Shown here one piece after another: positions 39,668 to 53,408 of a DNA stretch of 64,000 bases; positions within the stretch are counted from its first letter, which is position 1; each line of letters begins with the position of its first letter. The notes beneath the pieces were generated by a model that was not told the origin of the DNA, searched no databases, and was given only the letters and a program-made list of their open reading frames with translations. The translations under genes were made by a program, and so were the position numbers. The stretch comes from Octopus vulgaris (lineage: Eukaryota), in NCBI GenBank assembly GCA_951406725.2, contig OX597833.1, positions 21,080,001 to 21,144,000 of the forward strand. Reading direction: 5' to 3'.

Positions 39668-40652
39668 GGAGAGGAAGTCCTTGTGTTTGTTCCTCGCCAT
39701 CGCTTGATAACCAGTGCTGGTTTGATTATGTCCCTCTTTTCATGTTTGTTTATGTTCCTCTTTTCATTCTTCATTTTTCAATTTCTCAATTTTTCATTTT
39801 GTCAATTCTCCACGGTTTTCTCTTCATTATTCTATTCTACCATCTTTCACTCTTAGCCTTTGGTTCCCCCTCCTCCTACCTGTTCATTCTTTCCTCCTAG
39901 CTCAGCTTTACTCCTCTTAGATTAGCACACATTCTCACCATCTAACTATGGCGTCACCCAGTCTCATCTCTCTGTACTGGATCTTTAAAAAGTAAATACT
40001 GAATTTGATTTGTTCGACTAAACCCTTCAATGAGGTGCCCCAGCAAGGCCGTAATTTAATGACTAAGGCAAGCAAAAGAAAAAATATAACAATCATATAC
40101 CAGAGTATGTCTACTTTGTCATTCTCTGGGTTCTCTTTTTGTGTGTGTTTGCATCATCCCCTTTTCTGATTGTATTCCGAGTTCGATTCCAGGCAGTGAC
40201 CTGAATAATAACACACTGAGTAACACACTCCTGACATAATTTATGCAACGAATATAAATACGAAACGGCTTTAGTTGAAAATATATCCTTTATACCCAAT
40301 ACTAATGGCCATTGATATCAATGAAGTCTTTTTTTTTCATTCGTTGTTTCATATTTGTGAATAAAATATCCAACACCTCCTTAAGAAACAACACAACAAA
40401 ATATTGCGCAACGAGCTGCCAGTCAGGTAGCCAAGCCTATTTTAGAATACGAACAACCAAGATATATAAGCTTGCATTTTTTCAAAGAAAGTAAAATGAC
40501 CCAAAATTTTCTATTATGTCAAGTTTTTTGTTAAACAAGTATTCATTTTTCCCCCCAAAATATCAATGTTGTCATTAAATGTACCACTAAATAAGAAACT
40601 AACACAAACCAAATAGTACTTTTATTGTTTAACAAATATATTATACAAATCT

Positions 40653-41208
40653 TTAATTACACATCTTAGAATAGATATTTCTGTCAAACTGGACTTTCAT
40701 GAACTCAAGGAATGAACATTCTCTTTGCTGCTTTATGTGAATAAACTGCCTCATGGCAGTCCCTTTACGGTGACCTGCAGCAGACAGTATTATGTTGGTG
40801 TTCCACCGACCTTCATACCTAGTCTCCATGTTCTCGATGTCTTGGTTGAATCCTTCTCCTTGCTCATCACTTATTGCTTTATGATTTTCAAGGAAGTAGT
40901 CCAAATGACGTCAGGAAATGCACATTTACTCTCATGTTGCAGCACAATGCTCGAAAATTGCTTAAAAGGATCTGCACAAGATCTTCATAGTTTGATGACT
41001 TCCTGTTTCCCAGTAAATCAGATACAACTGCAGCAAAAGCGTCCCGTGATTCTTTTTCAATGCCAGACATGGTCTCCAAAAATAGCTCGTCCTGAAATAG
41101 CAACCGACTATGTGGCCCATCAAACACACCAACCTTAATTTTCTCACAAGAGAAAACTGGAAACTTTTTGCTTAAGCATTTGAAGCAGTCACTGTTGCAG
41201 TGTTTCAA
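40653..41208 (-). pseudogene. Decayed DNA transposase, probably Chapaev3/CMC-like
   Basis: LSKKFP..EKIKVGVFDGP, LCCNMRVNVHFL and AISDEQGEGFNQDIENMETRYEGRW in shifted frames. Superfamily assigned from recalled motifs only. Confidence 0.65.
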
Positions 41209-41500
41209 GACATGTTTTGTATACTATATGGGGCACCCAGGCTTTGTCTTGTCGTCCAGACTTTGTCTTGTCGTCCAGACTTTGTCTTGTCGCCCAGTTT
41301 CATGCTAAACCAAGTAAGGAAGTAAAGTAAGCTTTCTTCACAAAATCTGTGATTTTATTTCACTGCCTAATCTAGAAATAAGCAGAAGACATCGGAGCTA
41401 TTTTTACACTTACATTTCTGAAACACAAAACATATTCAAGCCAGTTGTCGTCTGGGAAAAGCGTTTTCAGAATAGTTAACAGCTATAAAGTAAACAAATA

Positions 41501-41892
41501 CTCTTTTACTTGTTTCAGTCATTTGACTGTGGGGCACCGCCTTTAGTCGAGCAAATTGACCCCAAGTCTTATTCTTTGCAAGCCTAGTACTTATTCTATC
41601 GGTCTATTTTGCCGAACCGCTAAGTTACGGGGATGTAAACACACCAGCATCGGTTGTCAAGCGATGTTGGGGGGGGGGGAACACAGACACACAAACATAT
41701 ACATATATATATATATATATACATATATACGACGAGCTTCTTTCAGTTTCCATCTACCAAAACCACTCACAAGGCTTTGGTCTGCCAGAGGCTATAGTAG
41801 AAGACACTTGCCCAAGGTGCCACGCAGTGGGACTGAACCCGGAACCATGTGGTTGGTAAGCAAGCTTCTTACCACACAGCCACTCCTGCACC
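41501..41892 (-). mobile_element. CORE-type SINE (OR1-like)
   Basis: Family similarity. Confidence 0.88.
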
Positions 41893-41953
41893 TATAATAA
41901 TTATTTTAGTTATAATTATTTTAGTTATATAGTCCATCTTAATATACACTGAA

Positions 41954-42272
41954 GGCACGTGGCTTAGTAGTTAGGGTATTCGGCTCCACTATCGTAAGTT
42001 CATGAGTTCGATTCGCTGCGGTTCGTTGTGTCCTTGAGCAAGAAACTTTATTTCACGTTGCACCAGCCCACTCAGTTACCAAAAATGCGTTGTACCTGTA
42101 ATTGAAAGGACCGGCCTTGTCACATTCTGTGTCACGCTCAATCTCCCCGAGTCCTACGTTAAGTGTACAAGCCCCTGTGGAATACACAGCCACGTGTACG
42201 TTAATTTCACGATCAGGCTATTCTGCTGATCGGATCAACTGGAACCCTTGTCGTCGCAACCGACGGAGCACC
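41954..42272 (+). mobile_element. CORE-type SINE (OR2-like)
   Basis: tRNA boxes and gtgtccttgagcaag. Confidence 0.85.
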
Positions 42273-42282
42273 AGTTTATATA

Positions 42283-42708
42283 CTACATTTTGACTAATCC
42301 TGGATATCTAGAAATATGATAATTGGTTGTTTCTTGGGAGTTTCTACATATTCTGAACTTATTTTTCGCTCTCATCTTCATGATATGTTTTGCGAAATTT
42401 CTGGTGAGAATGCTTTGATCTTTTACTGCTATCAAAATCTCTGCTTTATTATCTTTTCTGGGTAATTTCAGGTGAGAGCCTTTCGTTCTTGTGCTGCGAT
42501 CAAAACGCAATCTTTTTTTTTTGTATTTTGTTCGTGTTTTGTAATTTTTGGTATTAATTTTCTCTACCATGTATTTTTCTACTATTTCCATGATTTTGTT
42601 CTAGATCTTCTTCTTCTTCTTCTTCTTCTTCTTCTTCTTCTTCTTCTTCTTCTTCTTCTTCTTCTTCTTCTTCTTCTTCTTCTTCTTCTTCTTCTTCTTC
42701 TTCTTCTC
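42283..42708 (-). pseudogene. Dong-like LINE remnant with (GAA)n
   Basis: ILIAVKDQSILTRNF..FRICRNSQETTNYHIS is similar to ORF 6313-7233. Confidence 0.75.
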
Positions 42709-42715
42709 ATTGTTG

Positions 42716-42798
<83 letters not shown>

Positions 42799-43239
42799 GA
42801 GTGAAAGAACAGTACATGCCATCAAAGTAACACTGAGGTACAAAACCCAATATACCCATCATGACTACCAGTCTTATAAGGGTGCACCAGGCTCATGCAT
42901 CACAACCATATGTGCGTGACATGGCGATCTCATATCAAGATAACGCATGACCTTGCAGGTAGGACCCCGTTAGAATTTTCTTCAGGTCCAGTACCCCGTT
43001 CCACTCAAAAGATTTCATGAATAAGGTTTGTTTAAGGATGGTGAACAAAATATCCATGTTTCCAGAGGTGAATTATTCAAAGAATTTCTCTCAACACTTG
43101 GCTATGATGCTCTCCCACTACTTCTGCTCGTGATCAGAAATGCACATATCATCAGCCACTAAGAGACATGCTCAAGTGGTTAAGGTCAAGTAACCAACAA
43201 GCAAATCTGTGGTATTGAGGAGAATATTTGTTGTAGCCC
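42799..43239 (-). mobile_element. Second copy of the (TAA)n-tailed 460-bp repeat
   Basis: Collinear with 5369-5828. Confidence 0.8.
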
Positions 43240-44224
43240 AAGACGCTCACAGCCCTCTACCCGTCGGGTAATGGGATCGGTGGATGTTCCGCTTTAGAAA
43301 TGTATAGAGGATTAGTGGCGGGGAAGTGCGACGACGTTCTTGGGGAGACTCTGGCACCGACGAGAATGAACTGGATAGCCTGTTCCGGATGATTTTCGGT
43401 TAAGGAACTATCATGGATAATTTCCAAATGTCCTTGGCCTGGCAGTGCTAGAAGGGGGCGGGGCTACAGGTTCGAGATAAACTCTACAGGCACGGATGTG
43501 CTGTCAAGCGGGCTTGTCTGATATGCGCGCAGAATAACGAAACTGTTCTGCACTCCCTTGTTCAGTGTCCGGGCATTGCTGACTTGTGGGGTTATGTCGA
43601 ACAGATGCTGTCACGTGTGGCACGGATCCGTTTGTTGGCCGAGTCTTTAGTGATGATCACCCCGCCACCCTCCTTCAGTCGGGCAGGCAAGGCAGTTTTC
43701 CTTTGCCTGGTGGTTGTGGCGAAAGAGGCTGTTTGGTGGACAAGGTTGAAAGGCATTAGGACAGGTACATTCCTCTTTGGTAGAGCTTTCATTGACTTCT
43801 TCAAGTTTCACTTGAAAACGAAATTGAGGGTAGAGAGGAAAGTGGTGGCCTCAAGTGAGTTTATTGAAAGGTGGGTGAAAGTTGCGAAAATGGCAAGAGT
43901 GGATGGTACTTCTCTAAGTTAGACCTGTGGGTCGGAGAGAAGGAATTGGAGAAGGCACTTGCTCTTGGAGTTTCAGGGAAATCTCGGACAGTGTGTTCCT
44001 CGATTATCCCTAGAGGCTTTCATGCATCAGGAGGGCCACATCTCTATCATCCTCCCCGCCACTTTTTTTAGACCTTTGTATGCTATGCATATTCCCCTTT
44101 TTTTTCAGTGTATACACTTTATTTTCTTTCCTTTTTTTTTAATCATTTCATTAAATATAAACCCGTACGCTTTATATCTTTGTACTGTTTCCCTCATCCT
44201 TCGCCCTTGTGGCAAATAAATAAA
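43240..44224 (+). mobile_element. Diverged Tx1-like LINE 3' fragment ending at (ATC)n/(ATT)n
   Basis: LWGYVEQMLSRV..VWWTRLKG..FFKFHLK homologous to 27043-27753, with stops; tail cccttgtggcaaataaa. Confidence 0.82.
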
Positions 44225-44273
44225 ATCATCATCATCATCATCATTATTATTATTTTTATTATCATTATTATTA

Positions 44274-44415
<142 letters not shown>

Positions 44416-44419
44416 CATT

Positions 44420-44915
44420 GTCATTTACTTTTAATCTGCATGTTTGATGCAATCACCTGCCGGGGCACACCCAGCGCCCTAGGGCAAGTGAAGGTTAAGA
44501 GTTGTTGAAATATAGCTGAAAGCTTGGGGAGGGGAAGTAGAGATATATCTCCATGTAATGCAAACACAAACATTTACATTGATAGGGTTTTTCTAAGGAT
44601 GTGGGCAGTACTTGTTAGCACAATCTTTTGGATTTCCTTGAGACATGGTTTTCCAGGGATATTGTCTAGGTGTTTCTGACATCCCTTTTTTATCATACCT
44701 AGGGCACCTACAATAACAGGAACAGTTTTTGTTTTAAGATTCCACATCCTCTGTATTTCGATTTCCAGGTCCTTATATTTACTAAGTTTGTCAAATTCCT
44801 TTACAGATACATTTTTATCAGTGGGGACGCTTACTTCTATTAGTCTGCAGGTATTTTCTTCCCTGTCTTTAACAATTATGTCTGGTCGATTAGCCTTGAT
44901 CGTTCTGTCAGTGTT
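44420..44915 (-). mobile_element. Dong-like LINE 3' end (different subfamily) with (TAA)n tail
   Basis: KANRPDIIV..KLSKYKDLEIEIQRMW..VIVGALG..AHILRKTLSM*. Confidence 0.85.
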
Positions 44916-44927
44916 GACTGTCAGTCA

Positions 44928-44963
<36 letters not shown>

Positions 44964-45484
44964 GGAGATTTTTGCAGTTATTTTCGTACGTTTGTCATTC
45001 AATTTGATAACCGTGTCATTCAAAGTCGCGAAAACAATTAGCGCCATGATGTTAGTCATTCAAATTCGTTTTTCGATCATTCAGTTTCGTACTTCGGTCA
45101 AAGAATTTAGAATTTACATCATTCAAATTAAAACACCCGTCGAGAGCATTCAAATTAGTCGGAATGCGAGGAAGCGTCTTTTCGAGCATTCGAATTCGCA
45201 CGTGAGCTTTCAAGTTCGGAATAAGTTTATTTAATTTAGCACTAATTTTAAATGTATGTTTTTACTTACATTGGAAGAAGTGAATGTTACAAATGACAGA
45301 CTTAGATGACATGTTTTGTCGCGCAAATTTTATTATGTTATTATAGATACAAGGAAGAAATAAATTATGTGATTCTTCTCTCCACAAAAAGTCTTTTTCA
45401 TTGAAACATTCGTAACAGGTCGGTATCAGTTGCATTTTATATTCTTTTCTCTTATAATAATAAATAATAAATGCGCCAGTTTAA

Positions 45485-45717
45485 AGCCTAACCAGGCTCA
45501 TGGGCCCGGTTTCCCGGTTTCAATGGTGTATGTGTTCCCCAGCTGGACGGAACGCCAGTCCATCACAACGTTACTCATTTTTGCCAGCTGAGTGTACTGG
45601 AGCAACGTGAAATGAAGTGTCTTGCTCAAGAACACAACGCGTCACGCGGTCTAGGAATCGAAACCACAATCCTACGATCATGATGCTGACACCATAACCA
45701 CTAAGCCACGCACCTCC
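45485..45717 (-). mobile_element. CORE-type SINE
   Basis: tRNA head and gtgttcttgagcaagacac. Confidence 0.82.
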
Positions 45718-45746
45718 ACTCTTTTCTTTTATACCAACTTGTAATT

Positions 45747-46350
45747 ATGGAGCCACGCGAAAAGTACATTCGTATATCGGACGAAAATAGGGCAACGCTG
45801 GTTGATGCCTTCGAGGAGCATCAAACCGATTATCTGCAAATGACAGACACACTTTGCATTAAAAAGAATACAAGGCGGCGAGCTGGCAGAAACGTTAGCA
45901 CGTCGGGCGAAATGCGTAGCCGTATTTCGTCTGCCGTTACGTTCTGAGTTCAAATTCCGCCGAGGTCGACTTTGCCTTTCATCCTTTCGGGGTCGATAAA
46001 TTAAGTACCAGTTACGCACTGGGGTCAATATAATTGACTTAATCCGTTTGTCTGTCCTTGTTTGTCCTCTCTATGTTTAGCCCCTTGTGGGTAGTAAAGA
46101 AATATGTATTAAAAGAAATACTGCCCAATCCATGGTAGCGACCTGTCTACAGTCTGGGAGGCGCCACAAGTTTCTCAAAGGAGGTGCCAACCACGTTAGG
46201 GTTGATGAGGAAATGCGAACTAGGCTTCAGGTGATAATTGATACGAACGAACTCGCAACCTTTCAACAGATGAAGAGGGACTTAGAGGCAGCATTGCCCG
46301 GAAATCTGCCTGTTTCCGTGTCTGCAATCTCACGAGCTCTAGATGGGATT
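45747..46350 (+). pseudogene. IS630/Tc1-like transposase N-terminal (HTH) remnant split by a SINE
   Basis: ..CIKKNT | SINE | CIKRNTAQSMV..KGGANHVRVDEE..NELATFQQM..VSVSAISRALDG. Confidence 0.6.
45872..46104 (+). mobile_element. Meta-type SINE with Tx1-like tail and imperfect 11-17 bp TSD
   Basis: Flanks tgcattaaaaagaatac / tgtattaaaagaaatac. Confidence 0.9.
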
Positions 46351-46684
46351 TACAACCTTTACAAATATCATATTCCAAATTCTCGCAACCTCAAATTTCA
46401 AGGAATTGTAGTTTTAAAACTTTTCCTCTTTCTTCATTATCCTGGAATCAAACAGGTATAATGGATCAATTAGTAAGCATATTCACTTTGCCTTGACTCT
46501 TATTGTTATATCTAACTTGTTATTTTCTATTTTCGTATCCGTTTGAATTAGAAAGTCTCAAAAAGTCTTCCATCTTTCGGCTCAAGTACTCTTTTAGACT
46601 GGACTATGATATCTCTCAGAAGTCACCGTGCATCTTCTTATCCGTCAGTTGTTTTCCCTCTTCATTTCTGTTGCTATTTTGTAA

Positions 46685-47730
46685 TTCAGTAGTCTTGTTT
46701 TTATCACATGCTTTCGCTACACTACTGAGCTCAGCCCTGTGTGTCTTGAATATGTGCTGTGGTTTGTTTTGGTATAATTATTTTTACTGTGTTGAAGGTA
46801 TTTTACGTAGGATGTGTTCAGTGCTTAGCAGTTCTATTTTCTGTATGTTTTAACCATCCCTAATGCACCTATTATTATAGGAACTATTTCTGTTTACAGG
46901 CTCCACATTCGAGTTATCTCTATTTCCAGGTCTTTGTGTTTCGAGAGTTTCTTTTTCTTTTAGATATACTTTGTCATCTGTTGGGACTTATATGACGATT
47001 AGAAGGTATCTGTTTCTTGGTGGTCCCTGATAACAATATCTGGTCTATTATCCTTGATCTCTGTACGTATAGGCACATGCCAGTGTATGGTTGCTTTGTC
47101 ATTTTCTGAAGCCCTTATACCATTTTTTCAGCTTCCAGTGTATATATGTCCCAACTACTGTGTCTGTGGATATGTTTATTCTTAGTTAGGATTAGGCAAC
47201 CATGATTTATTGTTTCTTCCCCCTCTGCAGTTACTCATTGTATTTTTCTTCATTATGTGTTTTTGGTGGTTTCTGATTGGGAGGCTTTGATCTTGAGCAT
47301 TAAACATCCTCAAGTCTCTGCTTTGAGTCCTCAGCTTCTTAACCATTGCTGGGATTTTATTTTATCTATTTTTTTTCTGTTTAATTTATCCAAGTATTTG
47401 CTACGTAAGGGCTTTTCTTGCCATCGTTTAATCATGGTATTTCGTTGTTCCAGCTTTAGCTTAGATTTTTAGTTGCTTTACAGCTTTTGTTGTTTCTTCT
47501 TTTTCTTCATAGCTCTCTGGTATTATGTCCTCTTTCTTGCATTTTCCAGCTTCCTTGAAGACCCAAAACAGTTTTTTTGTTTTGCTCATAATTTGCGGTT
47601 ATTTGTATCAATTTTCCTTGGCTCTAATTTGGATTTTTCTGTAATCCTATGGTGGGTATTTTATAGTAATTCTCTAGTTGTATAAGGCTTCCATCAATTT
47701 CAGTTCGTTGTGTATCAAACCTTTCTATAT
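46685..47730 (-). mobile_element. Decayed Dong-like LINE copy
   Basis: Collinear with about 5950-7200, with many indels. Confidence 0.85.
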
Positions 47731-47735
47731 TATTA

Positions 47736-47788
<53 letters not shown>

Positions 47789-47992
47789 GGCAGAATCGTT
47801 AGCATACCGGGTAAAATGCTTAGCGGTATTTCGTCTGTCTTTATGTTCTGAGTTCAAATTCCGCCGAGGTCAACTTTTCCTTTCATCCTTTCGGGACCGA
47901 TAAATTAAGTACCAGTGAAACATTAGGGTCAAAGTAATCGACTCGTCCCCTCGCCCAAAATTTCCGGCTTTGTGCCTTTAGTAGAAAGGATT
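47789..47992 (+). mobile_element. Meta-type SINE (alternative tail) within (TTA)n
   Basis: Family similarity. Confidence 0.85.
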
Positions 47993-48017
47993 ATTATTAT
48001 TGTTGTTGTTGTTGTTG

Positions 48018-48057
<40 letters not shown>

Positions 48058-48061
<4 letters not shown>

Positions 48062-48179
48062 TAGTTTTATTCTTATATCGTGCTTTCACTTCACTACCGA
48101 GCGCAGCTCTGTGTGCCTTGGGTGTGTGTTGTACGTCCTGGTGTTTTTGTTATGTATTTGTCTGAATACTTTTTTATCA

Positions 48180-48180
<1 letters not shown>
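48058..48180 (-). mobile_element. Dong-like 3' end fragment
   Basis: cgtgctttcacttcactaccgagcgcagctctgtgtgccttggg is identical to the stretch at about 5967-6010. Confidence 0.85.
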
Positions 48181-48227
<47 letters not shown>

Positions 48228-48325
48228 CATCATCATCATCATCATCATCATTATTATTATTATTATTATTATTAATATCATTATTATTATTATTATCATT
48301 ATTATTATTATTATTATTATTATTT

Positions 48326-48391
<66 letters not shown>

Positions 48392-49016
48392 TATAAGATC
48401 GCATGTAAGGTGGAGTGCTATTCCATCGAATCTACTCCAGTACATGACTGGTATTTATTCTATAAAACCCAGAGACAACCAGAAAGCAAAACAAAGCAAA
48501 ACAGAACGAAATAAACGAAATTAACTGTTAGGAATTGCCTTTCTTTATCTGGAATCGACTGCATTGCTTTCTCTCGTTTACTCAATCACGACGGAAACTA
48601 AACAAGACACGATGCTGGAATGCTAAATTCCTAATTCCCACACCACAACCGTCGCATCGCTCCTGATCTAATCATTTTATCACTAGATTGTGGCGGCAGC
48701 TTTGGGTGAATTAAAAAGATTGATGGGCCAGCTGCCTCGAGGTGGATATTTATTTAGTATCATTATCAACTGTTATCTCAATGTTTGACTTAATGTTGAA
48801 ATTGTTGTTTGGGACGAAACGGTTTTAGAGCGAGTGATTTCTAGAGAAAAGTGTGAGTGAGAGAGACAAATGCAGATTGTGATGGGCGGGAAGACGAACA
48901 TGCAAGCACACACACACACACACACACACAAATATATATACATATGTGTGTGTGTATTCATATATATTTGTATATCTATACATGCACGCATAAATGTATA
49001 TATACATTCATATATA

Positions 49017-49077
<61 letters not shown>

Positions 49078-49130
49078 CATCAGCATGGCCGCAGCTCTGA
49101 GTTGAAACTAGAAAAAAATAATATATATAA

Positions 49131-49223
<93 letters not shown>

Positions 49224-49385
49224 CATACACGCATATATATGTGTGTGTGTGTACACACACATACATATATATATATACACAGCCATGGAGAAGGTGGAAT
49301 TGAGCGAGTAAAGCTGTGGTTTTATTGGTATAAAGTCCTTCACACTCGTATAACCAATGCTCCGGTTATACTTAGTAATATCTAC

Positions 49386-49555
49386 AGCAGAATCGTCAGT
49401 CTTTATGTTCTGAGTTCAAATTCCGCCGAGGTCGACTTTGCTTTTCATCCCTTCGGGGTCGATAAATTAAATACCAGTTGCGTACTGCGGTCGATTTAAT
49501 CGATTGGCCACCTCCTCCAAAATTTCGGGCCTTGTGCCTAAAGTAGAAAAGAACA
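49386..49555 (+). mobile_element. Meta-type SINE (alternative tail)
   Basis: Family similarity. Confidence 0.82.
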
Positions 49556-49571
49556 ATTACAGCAGACACAA

Positions 49572-49632
<61 letters not shown>

Positions 49633-50094
49633 TTTCTGCTGCTGCTACTGCTGCTGCAGCTAATGCTGCTACTGCTATTGCTGCTGTTGCTGCTAGCTCC
49701 TCATTAACCTTGACGGAGACCTTTCAGGCATGTCAATCCCGGCTTTATTTTAAAAAAAGTTTAGCAGTTTCAGTAAGGCTCTTTAATGGCATCTAAGTAT
49801 ATTACTTCAGAAAGGTATCCAATGGTATTTGTAGTTGCTTTTTTTTAAAAGAATATTCGATCTAAACTAACCTTTAATGTATGTAAAATGCTATAAACTG
49901 AGAAAGTATGCGTTCTTGCCGTTAGTCATTTATTATTTATCAGGTGAGCATAGGTGATTAGCTGGCTGAATTGTAACTGCGCACGGCAAAATATTTAGTG
50001 GTGTTTCTTCTTGCTTTTAACGTTTTTGTGTTCAAATACCACCGTCGTCGATTTTGTATTTCGTCTTTTCGAGCTCGATAAAATAATTTTGTTA

Positions 50095-50134
50095 AGCAGT
50101 GATGGGGAGAGGGTGATAAACACAGACACAAATC

Positions 50135-50168
<34 letters not shown>

Positions 50169-50840
50169 CGATAGGCTTTTTTCTCTTTCCGTCTACCAAA
50201 TCGACTCACAAGGCTTTAGTTGGCCTGAGGCTATAGTAGAAGACACTTGCCCAAGGTGTCATGCAGCGGAACTGAACACGGAACCATCTGGTTGTGAAGG
50301 AAGCTTCTTACCACACGACCACGCCTGCGCCTAATTAATACGGAAAGTACTTTTGTCATAGTGTCTTATGGTTTTTATTTTATTTTTATCTATTTATTTA
50401 TTTATTTATTTATTTATTTTGGTAGCTCTATTCTTTCTATACAACACTTCTTTTACCTTTTAACTTTTACTTGTTTCAGTCATCAGACTACGGCCATGCT
50501 GGGGCACCACCTTGAAGGATTTTTAGCCGAATGAATCGACCCCAGCACTTAATTTTCTTTTTAAGCGTGGTACTTACCCCACCGGTATCTTTTGGCCGAA
50601 CCGCTAAGTTACGGGGTGCGTCAACCCACCAACACCGGTTGTCAAGCGGTGGGTGAGGGACAAACACAGACACGAACACACACAAACACACACACATAAA
50701 TACGACAGACTTCTTTCAGTTTGCTTCTATCACATCCACGCACAGGGCTTTGGTCGGCCTGAGGCTATAGTAGAAGACACTTGTTCAAGGTGCCACGCAG
50801 CGGAACTGAACCCGGAACCATGTGGTTGGGAAACAAACTT
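50095..50840 (-). mobile_element. Two CORE-type SINEs (50095-50332 and 50455-50840)
   Basis: Family similarity. Confidence 0.82.
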
Positions 50841-51104
50841 CTTATCACACAACCATGCTTTATTTATCGTTTTTAGAATTTCAATAAAGTGTGCTTCTTT
50901 TCAGATATACGACGATGGAGTGCCAAATAAAAAAATAAAAACAGCGAATTTATTTGGCGACCCAATATTTTCAAAATATTTTGTAGTCATATCTGAAATA
51001 ATGTTTGTATTTTGAGAGAAAAAAAGGGCAGTGAGCTGGCAGAATCATTACAACAACGGACAAAATGTTTAGCGGCATTTCGCCCGTCTTTACGTTCCGA
51101 GTTC

Positions 51105-51820
51105 GGATCTTTTCCTTTTGAACGGCAGTTTTCAACACAATTTCTAGATAACTAAACACTTTTAAACTTCGTATACTGGTAGAATGCGTCAAAATAAAAC
51201 ATTTTTTTCTCTTGGCTTTCTTGAGAAAATTGTAATTTGTAAGTTTAACGTAGTTTAATTTTTCGAATTTTAACCAATCCTATGCCCGCTATTCAGCTAA
51301 AATCATTTGCTGCGTCTAAAACTGAGACAGCATCCTGTCACTAACCCTAACACTCACCCTAACCCTAACCCTAAATTTTAGCCTTCCATTTTTTTTTCTT
51401 AATTGTTAAATTAATTTAATTGTTACGCGTGTGTCTAAAATTATTCGTTTTGTTTTTGATTTGAGTTTTTGCTTTCGTTTTAGCCTTTGGTTTTTTTTTC
51501 TTAATTGTTATCCTTAAATTAATTTAACAATTAAGAAAAAAAAACGAAAGGCTAAAATTTAGGGTTAGGGTGAGGGTTAGGGTTAGTGACAGGATGTTGT
51601 CTGTTTTAGACGCAGCAAATGATTTTAGCTCAATAGAGGGCATAGGATTGGTTAAAATTCGAAAAATTAAGCTACGTTAAACTTACAAATTACAATTTTC
51701 TCAAGAAAGCCAAGAGAAAAAATTGTTTTATTTTGACGCATTCTACCAGTATACGAAGTTTAAAAGTGTTTAGTTAACTAGAAATTGTGTTGAAAACTGC
51801 CGTTCAAAAGGAAAAGATCC
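51105..51820. mobile_element. 716-bp foldback MITE with about 300-bp TIRs and 8-bp TSD (Merlin- or Mutator-like), nested in a Meta-type SINE
   Basis: GGATCTTTTCCTTTTGAACGGCAG..CTGCCGTTCAAAAGGAAAAGATCC; TSD ccgagttc at 51097-51104 and 51821-51828. Confidence 0.92.
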
Positions 51821-52331
51821 CCGAGTTCAAATACCACCATAGTCGGTTTTGCTTTTCATTCTTTAAGGGTCGATGAAATAAGTACCAGTGGAACCCTGAA
51901 GTCGATGTAATCGATAAGCACATACTCCAAAATTTCAGGATTTGTGCCAATAGCAGAAAGGATTTAGAGAGAAAATAGAAGGAAGACGAGTAGGAATCGA
52001 TGAGAAATGACAAAACTAAAGAAGAAAATAATTAGTAAAAACGTGAAGCAAGATATATCGGCTTCCAGTTGGTAGCCATCTTAAGAAAATAGTTCAAACA
52101 TAGAGAAAATAATTAAATCGCGACTTAAGGGATTTATGGTTAAGATTTAGACTAAAAGAACTTATCGAATATCAATATCCTTTTAGCTAAACAAATAACT
52201 GATTATTTTATATTTTATGTCCTCTCTGAATGGAGAGATTTTGTGACATCCATGATTTTGCAATGGAATTTGCATCATGAAGTGAAGAGGACCGGCTTAG
52301 AGGAAGATGCTAAATTGAAACAGTCAATATA

Positions 52332-52714
52332 TCTATTATATAAAATCCGTTCTGCCTGTCTGTGTGTGTGTGTCTTCTAGGATCTCGGGCATCCTCCATC
52401 CGATTGCGCTCAAATTTGATATGTAGATATCGACGGTATCAGGGCGTGTATAAGTCTTGAAAAAATTACAAAAATCGATTCCAGGTGAGAATGCGATCGA
52501 TAAAGCCGTGGGAACGTGCATTTGTAAAATTGCTTTTTTGGGGAATAGAAAAAAGTCTATCTTTATTTCTTCTTTTACTGGTGTCTCAAATTTAGGTTAA
52601 ATCAGTGTTTCTCAAAGGGGAGGCCTGTGGGACGGTCGGACAAGCTGTTTTGAGAAACTTTGGTTTAAATGTTTGACAACTCAGCACCGTCCATTGGACG
52701 GGGGGGTGTGCTCG
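52332..52714 (+). mobile_element. Non-autonomous Helitron-like element
   Basis: 5' TCTATTATATAAAA, (GT)/(CTGT) tract, 3' hairpin ccgtcca-t-tggacgg then CTCG. Confidence 0.78.
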
Positions 52715-53053
52715 TATATATATATACCTACACACACACACATACACATGGATGGATGGATGGATGGATGTGTGTGCCTGTGTGTCTGTTTCTACCACCA
52801 CCACCACCACCACCACCTGACAACCGGTGTTGGTTTGTTCCTCGTAACTTAACATTTCGACTGTATGGATCGATAGAATAAGTACCAGGCTATAAGTACT
52901 GGAATAGATATTTATTCGGCTAAAACACTTCGAGGCGGTGCTCTAACATGGCCGCAGTCGAATGACAGAAACAAGTGAAAGATACACAGATACGCACGCA
53001 CACATACGCACGCACACATACAGACACACAGACACATTCCAGTTATATATATA

Positions 53054-53408
53054 CGAGCAAAATGCCCGCCGTCCAATGGATGGTGCTGAGTTGTCAGACA
53101 TTTAAACCAAATTTTCTCAAAACAACTTGTCCGACCATCCCATAGGCCTCCCCTTTGAGAAACACTGATTTAACCTAAATTTGAGACACCAGCAAAAGAA
53201 GAAATAAAGATAGACTTTTTTCTATTCCAAAGAATGCTTTATCGATCGTATTCTCACCTGGAATCGATTTTTGTAATTTTTTCAAGACTTATACACGCCC
53301 TGATACCGTCGGTATCTACAAATTAAATTTGAGCGCAATCGGATGGAGGATGCCCGAGATCCTAGAAGACACACACACAGACAGACGGAACGGATTTTAT
53401 ATAATAGA
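53054..53408 (-). mobile_element. Inverted second copy of the same Helitron-like element
   Basis: Reverse-complement match to 52332-52714 apart from a short indel. Confidence 0.8.

Noticed and set aside
51342-51586. Telomere or chromosome-fusion site
   Set aside because: Short degenerate tracts lying inside MITE arms bounded by a TSD.
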